Assembly (NCBI RefSeq): GCF_963921235.1 | Contig: NC_086108.1 | Location: forward strand, 50,160,001 to 50,220,000 | Reading direction: 5' to 3' | DNA length: 60,000 bases | Source of the DNA: Mobula hypostoma | Taxonomy: Eukaryota | Shown here: positions 51,966-60,000 of the stretch, in pieces | How the letters are laid out: the number at the start of each line of letters is the position of its first letter | Numbering within the stretch: position 1 is the first letter of the stretch | Translations under genes and position numbers: made by a program | The notes under the pieces: generated by a model | The model's database searches: none | Told to the model about the DNA's origin: nothing | The model's input: the letters and a program-made list of their open reading frames with translations, nothing else

Positions 51966-52237
51966 AGGTGAACTGGGCCTTATCAATTCCATCCCAATCA
52001 GAACTAGGCACTTCACAGCACCTCTGATATGGTTTAGTTTTCTGGCCCTGCCACAACTTTGGCTACAATCTCACAAATAGGAGATTTAACAAAAATATCT
52101 GTGATCACTAGACATGGCCCCCTGAAATGCGGCAAAGTCAGCAGCAGAAAGCTAAAGCCCTACCGACCAAATCCCTTGGCAAATGAGTTGGACAATCTTT
52201 CAAAATATGGATTGGTTAAATGGAGATGAGTCACTAC

Positions 52238-52345
52238 CTTGGCCTCTCCCAGGAAGTCCTGCTTTTCCAGCTGAGCTACCACTTTTTTCTTTGGTCTGAA
52301 GAACTCCCCTTCCGGGAACTGCAGGAGATCAAACAGCTCTCGCTT
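52238..52345 (-). CDS. NCF2: NCF2 exon (KRELFDLLQFPEGEFFRPKKKVVAQLEKQDFLGEAK)
   Basis: 108 nt, cag/gtagtg; aligns with human KQKLYEP...KDYLGKAT. Confidence 0.94.
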
Positions 52346-53238
52346 CTGTGGAGACAAGTTAGTCACTAACAAGCCAAAAATTGCAGAGAATCACCAAAGA
52401 GACCTCAAACCTGGCGCAACTGTTAGCAGCTTCATGACGTCAACACAAGCAGTGAAAACACACAACTGCCAGACATGCTGTCAGGAGTATGTTGGCGTTT
52501 TGCTGACTGCATTCTGGCATTGATCTCTGACAGAGGTCAGTGTGGGGGGAGGGCGTTGCAAAAGTTCCCCATCATCTATAATGCAAAGTCCTGCCAGAGG
52601 AGCAGAGAGCCTGCACACATATATTTCACAGGAGAGGAAGTGATAGAAGCTGTCCCTGCAGTAATCATTGCAGCTAGCCAATGGGTTGGAATGTTTTCTA
52701 TTTTTTATCTAAGACCTTTAAGATTTTTTTTTATTATGGCTAATGTTTGTGATTGTTTGAGATATTTAGAATCAGCAGAAGAGTTCCAGAGATGTACAAT
52801 CCCTAGAAAAAAAAGTCATTTTATCTTTGTCTTATATTGGTTACACCTTTTAAAAAACTGACAGTGACTTATAGTTTTAAATTCTCCTGTTAGAGGAAGC
52901 CATCCTCAAGATTTTGTATGTTTCAATCAAGCCTCCTCTCACTCTATTAAACTCCAACAGATACAAACCTAGACCTTCCAAGAAACTAATCTAAAAAAAA
53001 CTCCAAAAAACTAGCAGTCCTTGCACTCCTAAGAAAATCTGACCATTTCAAGTCAGCCTTCCCTGGACTGTTTGCAATGCATTATCACCTTTCCCTGGGT
53101 AAAGAGACCAACCATGTACAGTTCACCAGATGTGTTCTCTCCTATCACAGTTAACACAAAAGGGGCTTGTGGACACACGAGAGGACAGCAAAGTACAGAA
53201 GATCTGTAAACTGGGGAATACCAAAAGGAAGACAATAC

Positions 53239-53373
53239 CCAAACAGCTTCCAGAGCATGATCCACAAAATTGTGCTTGGCTTCAGTTTTAAAAGTTAAGG
53301 CTTTCTTCATAACCTTTTCAGCTTTGTCCCATTCCTTTAACATAGCATGTGCCAGCGCTAAATTGTGAAGCAC
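53239..53373 (-). CDS. NCF2: NCF2 exon (TPR4; VLHNLALAHAMLKEWDKAEK...HALEAVW)
   Basis: 135 nt, cag/gtattg; aligns with human VLYNIAF...MECVW. Confidence 0.93.
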
Positions 53374-55093
53374 CTGCGAGGATCAAAGAGCAAAGTGTTA
53401 GAGAACTGGTATTGTCTGTACGTTTAAATCATCAGGTTTTTAAGAAGAAACAAGCATTGTTTTATAGACAGAGTAACACTAAAAGCTTTGTTGCACTGTG
53501 CTCTGTCCTACAGCACCTTCTTAGAACTAATGGTTTGGATCATTCCTAGCTGACACTACAACAGTCATAGGTGGGCATTTCACAGGTCCCACATTCTTTT
53601 ATCTATGTTATTACCCTCTAACTTACTCTCATTCACTGACTGACAGTTAACCTTGTTACAGCTTTTCTCAAGACCACCCCAGTTTTACCCTATCAAGCAC
53701 ATCCCCCTTCACCCTGCAGCTTCTTCTGTCTTCTTCCAAGTTCTGGGGAAGTGTGTCTGACCTGGAACATTGACTCCTTTCTTGTTTCCACAGTTGTGGC
53801 CTGACCTGCTGAGTGCTTCAGCATTCTCTGTTTGATATTCCCCCACTGGCAGCCACAGACGGGCCACAATTACCCAATCAAGTGAACAGTTCGAAAGCAA
53901 CAGTCTTTAGTCTAGATTACACCAAAACATCGGCCTAACTTTAAAACATCAGGTGCTTATTAACTCAGGTCACCCACTTAAAAGTGGAGAGAGAGGATGT
54001 GTATTTTCACATGTACTTCACTGAATTCTGCTCTCTGCTTGCGGGATCACAGATGTTGAATATTAAGTTATTTTTCTCCCACAATATTTTTTCCTCACTC
54101 ACCTAAGTTCCAGGCTTTGTCATCAATCAAATGAACATTTCTAGCGGGAGGGAGGAGTGATCCCTGGGTGAAGTTCATCATTCGGGTTGAGCTAATCGAA
54201 ATATTTTAGTTGCATCATCACCACAGGAGCTGTTCCTGGTCAGGACAAAGAAAGCCTGTCTGGGCTCCTTTCATTACCATAATGTTAGTATTCCTTCAAA
54301 CTAGATTGTTCCAACCTACCTTGAAACAACTGACAAAGCTATCTGCAGTGTACTCCCCCACGCCAGGAATAAATGAAACTTAATTAGGCCATAAGGCCAA
54401 TTGTTTCCCTGCGGTCAGAAGCAAAGGCTTGCATGATGCACACCTTCTGCCTTGTAGTGTGTGTCTTCATTGACTACAAGTCAAACATACGTATCGAGAA
54501 CATGGACTCTCCATTTCAACTAACATTACGAAATAGATGGGGATTAATACCGAGGTGACATCCAGTTGCAGAAGCCACCAGGTGAATTTCAGGCTATTAT
54601 CCAAGAAGAAGCAACCATAATGTTCACCACACCAGGGACTCTGTGGAATTTTGGGTGATCAGTTTGGCTTCCCCGACACCCTGGGCTGGCAATCCCACAT
54701 GGAAGCTCCCTGACAGGTCAAGAAGCCTTCTTGGGGGTTTGATTCTTGTTCCTCATTTGCTATCATCTAAAATTCGTCCAGCGGAAGGACCAGCTGTAAA
54801 GGTTTGACCATGAAACCAGAAGCAGAGGCCATCGCCATTGAAGCTCCGAAATCCAAAATATTTCCAGAGTGAGCACCATTTTCCCTGTTCAGACCCTTGC
54901 TCAGCAACCTGTCTCCCTATCACGGAATGCCTGTAGTATGATCTTCTTGGTTTCCTCATTCACCCTTGCGTGCTGAACAACTGGACTTCTTTTCTGTCCC
55001 TGCCACCCCAAAGGATGCCCCTTTCCTCATGGGCTTTCTTTCCCTAACTCAGCCAGTTCTGCACAGGCAAACTTGTTCTTTAATTCTACTTAC

Positions 55094-55202
55094 TTGACAA
55101 GCACCCAGCTTGTACCTTAGGCCCAACTGCTTGTAGTCAATTAACTGGTTGCCTCTCAGTAGATTAAATGCTTCTGTGAAGTCCCTTGAAGCCTCTTCAT
55201 AT
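55094..55202 (-). CDS. NCF2: NCF2 exon (TPR, Rac-binding insertion; YEEASRDFTEAFNLLRGNQLIDYKQLGLRYKLGACQ)
   Basis: 109 nt, AG/GT bounded, phase-compatible; contains the diagnostic LRGNQLIDYK motif. Confidence 0.96.
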
Positions 55203-55754
55203 CTGAACAACACAATATGGTGCAATATTAAATGCAATAAACAGTTCTGAAAAGACATCACACAAGCAATTTCATTTCCACCAATGATCCTTGACTTGCA
55301 AGTTCTGTCAAACACACATCAAGCAAAACCAAAAGAAAATGACAAAATGCAAACAGTGCTTGTTCTGACTGATGTGAGGGACACATTGTACTTTATGCAG
55401 GGAGCGATAGGCGCCTGGAATAGGATAGTAATGGAAGCAGGCAGTCTGCTGGAGTATAAAAATCTTGATAGGAACATGCATATGACGGGTATGAAGGGAT
55501 ATGGATGATACAAGGGAGGAGGACTTCCTGTATAAACTGGCTTCAATATCGGCACAGCATCATAGGTAAAATGGCCTGTCTAGTGCTGTACTCATCTATG
55601 TTATACAGCTTCAAAAAAATCTGATAAACTGAATTCAGAATTTTCCCAAGCAGCCTGAAGTCTAGCCTACTGTGAAAACCTTAGGGCACCTACTGATTTC
55701 ACTAGGTATTGTATTGAGCAGACTCCAAAAAAAAAATGTAGGAAAGGAACTTAC

Positions 55755-55837
55755 TTTTCATGTTTGTACAAAGTAATCCCTCGTTGAAAGAAAGCCACTG
55801 CCAAATGCTCATCCCTGCAGATACTCTGATCAAATGC
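55755..55837 (-). CDS. NCF2: NCF2/p67phox exon (TPR; AFDQSICRDEHLAVAFFQRGITLYKHEK)
   Basis: 83 nt, ccag acceptor and gtaagt donor; homologous to human [28 protein letters not shown]. Confidence 0.95.
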
Positions 55838-56469
55838 CTGGAGAACAAGGACTGCAAGTTAATCTTCCTTTCCCGGCGGAGTTGGTTGAGGTTCCTTACA
55901 TTTCACATATGCATCAGTGGTACCACTCTCATGTAGCTGTGTATTCAACCCCCATTACATGACTTAGGCAAAGCTGACACTGACTGTACTGTTAGAGGTT
56001 GTCTACCAATTATCTGCCTGTAAGTGCAGTTAAAAGACAGCCTGAAAAGCAAAGGATTCTGCCTTGCCTGCTGCTCACACCCTTCTCCCTGCCAACCCTC
56101 CTCAAATACGGCATTTAGAAGCTGTGTGGAAGCTGTCTATTGCACTCTCTACACTGTACTTCAACTGTGAACAACTTTGGGACCTCACAGTGCTATATAA
56201 ATCCAATGTTTACCCTGTCAGTACTGTTACAATTTGTGGAATTTGACTCTCCCATTGAATTGTCATCTGTTAACACACAACTTTAACGCAAAGGATTGCT
56301 GAATGCAACCTGCCAACCGGTGATCCAAAACACAGAAGTGCTACATGAACATATTGACCTGCAGGAAGAAGGCAACCCTTTAAAGAGGATTTGAGGGCAT
56401 AGATTCAAAATTCAAGCTACAAATTCCCATCCCTTCCCCGTCAATCACCACTGTACAAGCAGCTGACAT

Positions 56470-57981
56470 GGCTGCTCCACAAGGCGAGGGGAGAGATTGC
56501 AGAGCCTCTGGCTAGGATCTTTATGTCCTCGTTGTCCATGGGAATGGTACCGGAGGACTGGAGGGAGGCGAATGTTGTCCCCTTGTTCAAAAAAGATGGT
56601 AGGGATAGTCTGGGTAATTATAGACCAGTGAGCCTTACGTCTGTGGAGGGAAAGCTGTTGGAAAAGATTCTTAGAGATAGGATCTCTGGGCATTTAGAGA
56701 ATCATGATCTGATCAGCTACAGTCAGCATGGCTTTGCTGAAGGGCAGATCGTGTCTAACAAGCCTGATAAGAGTTCTTTGAGGAGGTGACCAGGCCTATA
56801 GATGAGGGTAGTGCAGTGGATGTGATCTACATGGATTTCAGTAAGGTATTTGACGAGGTTCCACACGGTAGGCTTATTCAGAAAGTCAGAAGGCATAGGA
56901 TCCAGGGAAGTTTGGCCAGGTGAATTCAGAATTGGCTTGCCTGCTGAAAGCAGAGGGTTGAGGTGGAGGGAGTACATTCAGATTGGAGAGCTATGATTAG
57001 CAGTGTCCCACAAGGATCAGCTCTGGGACCTCTACTTTTCGTGATTTTTATTAACGACCTGGATGTGGGGGTAGAAGGGTGGGTTGGCAAGTTTGCAGAC
57101 GACACAAAAGTTGGTGGTGTTGTGGATAGTGTAGAGGATTGTTGAAGATTGCAGAGAGACATTGATAAAATGCAGAAGTGGGCTGAGAAGTGGCAGATGG
57201 AGTTCAACCCAGAGAAGTGTGAGGTGGTACACTTTGGAAGGACAAACTCCAAGGCAGAGTACAAAGTAAATGGCAGGATACTTGGTAGTGTGGAGGAGCA
57301 GAGGGATCTCGGGGTACATGTCCACAGATCCCTGAAAGTTGCCTCACAGGTAGATAGGGTAGTTAAGAAAGCTTATGGAATGTTAGCTTTCATAAGTCGA
57401 GCGATAGAGTTTGAGTCGCAGGGTAATGATGCAGCTCTATAAAACTCTGGTTAGGCCACACTTGGAGTACTGTGTCCAGTTCTGGTCTCCTCACTATAGG
57501 AAGGATGTGGAAGCATTGGAAAGGGTACAGAGGAGATTTACCAGGATGCTGCCTGGTTTAGAGAGTATGAACTATGATCAGAGATTAAGGGAGCTAGGGC
57601 TTCACTCTCTGGAGAGAAGGAGAATGAGAGGAGACATCATAGAGGTATACTAGATAATAAGAGGAATAGATCGAGTGGATAGCCAGCACCTCTTCCCCAG
57701 GGCACCACTGCTCAATACAAGGGGACATGGCTTTAAGGCAAGGGGTGGGAAGTTCAAGGGGTATATTAGAGGAAGGTTTTTTACTCAGAGAGTGGTTGGT
57801 ACGTGGAATGCACTGCCTGAGTCAGTGGTGGAGGCAGATACACTGGTGAAATTTAAGAGACTACTAGACAGGTATATGGAGGAATTTAAGGTGGGGGGTT
57901 ATATGGGAGGCAGGGTTTAAGGGTGAGCACAACATTGTGGGCCAAAGGGCCTATACTGTGCTGTACTGTTCGATGTTCTAT
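56470..57981 (+). mobile_element. CR1 LINE, RT and 3' end, with stops and frameshifts
   Basis: [24 protein letters not shown] and RPHLEYCVQFW motifs. Confidence 0.92.
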
Positions 57982-58024
57982 ATGCAAATGACTCTCTTCT
58001 AGCATGCCAGTATTGAATTGCATT

Positions 58025-58740
58025 GACTTTATCCCTCATATACATGAGAAGTAAAAATCTTTATGTTACTTCTCCATCTAAATGTGCAATGTACAATTTA
58101 TAGTAATTTATAATAAATAGCATGACCAACAGGATAGTCACTATAACATAGAAATACAGTTGTGTCAGCATGAGTTAAGCAGTCTGATGGCCTGGTGGAA
58201 GAAGCTGTCCCGGAGCTTGTTGGTCCTGGCTTTTATGCTGCAGTACCATTTCCTGGATGGTAGCAGCTGAAACAGTTTGTGGTTGGGGTGACTCGGGTCC
58301 TCAAAGATCCTTCGGGTCCTTCTTACACACCTGTCTTTGTAAATGTCCTGAATAGTGTGAAGTTCACATCTACAGATGCGCTGAGCTGTCCGCACCATTC
58401 TCTGCAGAGTCCTGCAATTGAGGGAAGTACAGTTCCCATTCCAGGCAGTGATGCAGCCAGTCAGGATGCTCTCAATTGTGCCCCTGTGGGAAGTTCTTAG
58501 AATTCGGGGGGCCATACCAAACTTCTTCAATCGTCTGAGGTGAAAGAGGCGCTGTTCTGCCCATTTCACCACACAGCCAGTACGTACAGACCAAGTGAGG
58601 TCCTCAGTGATGTTTATGCCGAGGAACTTAAAGCTGTTCACCCTCTCAGCCCCAGATCCATTGATGTCAATAGGGATTAGTCTGTCTCCATTCCTCCTGT
58701 TGTCCACAACCAGTTCCTTTGTTTTTGTGACGTTGACCAT
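58025..58740 (-). mobile_element. Rex1/Babar-type LINE 3' fragment
   Basis: 191-aa ORF NVTKTKELVVD...FKFLG...IESILTGCITAW...SFFHQAIRLLN. Confidence 0.82.
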
Positions 58741-60000
58741 TCATTTTAATTAAATGATCTTAAATATCTAGTTGGAAGTGTGATTTAGATCACAGGGCAA
58801 AGGACTGCTAACTAAATATTCTGTGGAACAAATTCTTCCCCATACTCTGGAACAGGCCTCCTGTACAATAAAATAGACTCTTCACCTCACAGACTACCCC
58901 TTTACGATCATACACCTTTGTGTTTACCTGCACTGCACTTTCACTGTAGCTTGTACACTTTAATCTGTATTGTGATTGTTTTACCCTGTTCTACCTCAAT
59001 GCATGTGTAATGAATTGACCTGCATGAACAATGTGCTGCTGTTGGGTGAATGAAGTCACCAGAGAAATTACAGGTAGATACAAAGCAGCTTCTTTGTTCG
59101 ACAAAACAAGGAACAGCAGACATCATATGGCGAGACTTTCCGTGAAAAGGACCGTCTGGCCTAACGCGAGGCTCCCTTTTCTCTATGCCCAACATCAAAG
59201 GGCAGCTCCACATTTACAATGTATGGGCAATGCTTTCTTTGAAACTACATGCAACCACACCTCCTGATTCACATCCACACCACGGACACAGAGATGAATT
59301 TTAATCAGCATTGTCCGGGATGGGATTTACAGCTTTTAGGAACCCACTGTTAAGAGCTGCACTCCAAATTAAATGCACGGTGCATTTTCAGATGTGAAGA
59401 CTGGGAGCCAAAGTCGATTGTTAAATGTGTATGTCCTAAACCAAAAAAACAAATCACTGGAACAGGTGCAAGACAAGCTTTTCACTGTATCTAGGTAACA
59501 TGTGACCATAATAAGCATAAGAATGAAAATATAATTCGTGGAAAAGATTTGCCAACATTAGAAAATAAAAGCAGCTGGGTTAGCGAGTAATTGCAAGTGG
59601 CATTTCAGTAGTGGATTAAGATCTCTGAGCACTTAATGAAGAGGAAGAGGTTGCAGAAGAGGTAAATAGCATGTTTATCTTTTGCTGATATAAGTACATC
59701 TGCAACGTGACTTGAGAAGATGGTTTTCTGTTTGATACTGACCTCCTGTTGACAGTGCTGGCAAAACTGATTCAGGAGTAATTAGGCCTTCTCTTCTGCA
59801 TATGGTCATTGCCGAAATGGAGTTGCATGATAAACGAAGCCGTTAACTTTGCCCACACTTGCAAGCTCAGAGCTGCCATTTGCAATACTCCACAGATGTT
59901 ATAACAACCTTTCCTTTAATTGATTTGATTATAACATTGACCCGTCACCTTTCATTTTGGTATATTTTGAAGCAAATTTATGTCTGCGTCACGAGCTGTT

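Noticed and set aside
55838..60000. Search for the first NCF2 coding exon (MSL...ICFNIG)
   Set aside because: No matching reading frame seen; probably beyond the window end.

Overview
Vertebrate genomic DNA; the CR1/Penelope/Rex-dominated repeat landscape suggests a cartilaginous fish (inference). Two host genes converge tail-to-tail, as in human. The last coding exon and 3' UTR of the NMD factor SMG7 lie on + (exon from 1101). Fourteen coding exons of NCF2/p67phox lie on - (12380-55837), with the first coding exon not found in the window. The rest is mostly transposable elements: two very young near-identical CR1 LINEs, a young L1-clade LINE with an uninterrupted reading frame, older CR1, Rex1/Babar and RTE pieces, hAT and Tigger-like DNA elements, and Penelope-like elements carrying minimal hammerhead-ribozyme motifs. 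The most notable observations are: (i) a Sleeping Beauty-like Tc1 element built from two right-hand ends; (ii) TSD-flanked micro-Penelope insertions whose boundaries sit at the hammerhead; (iii) a candidate alternative SMG7 exon ending in four stacked splice donors; (iv) a GC-AG intron in NCF2; (v) a four-level nested insertion. All family assignments come from recalled sequences and manual reading, not database searches.
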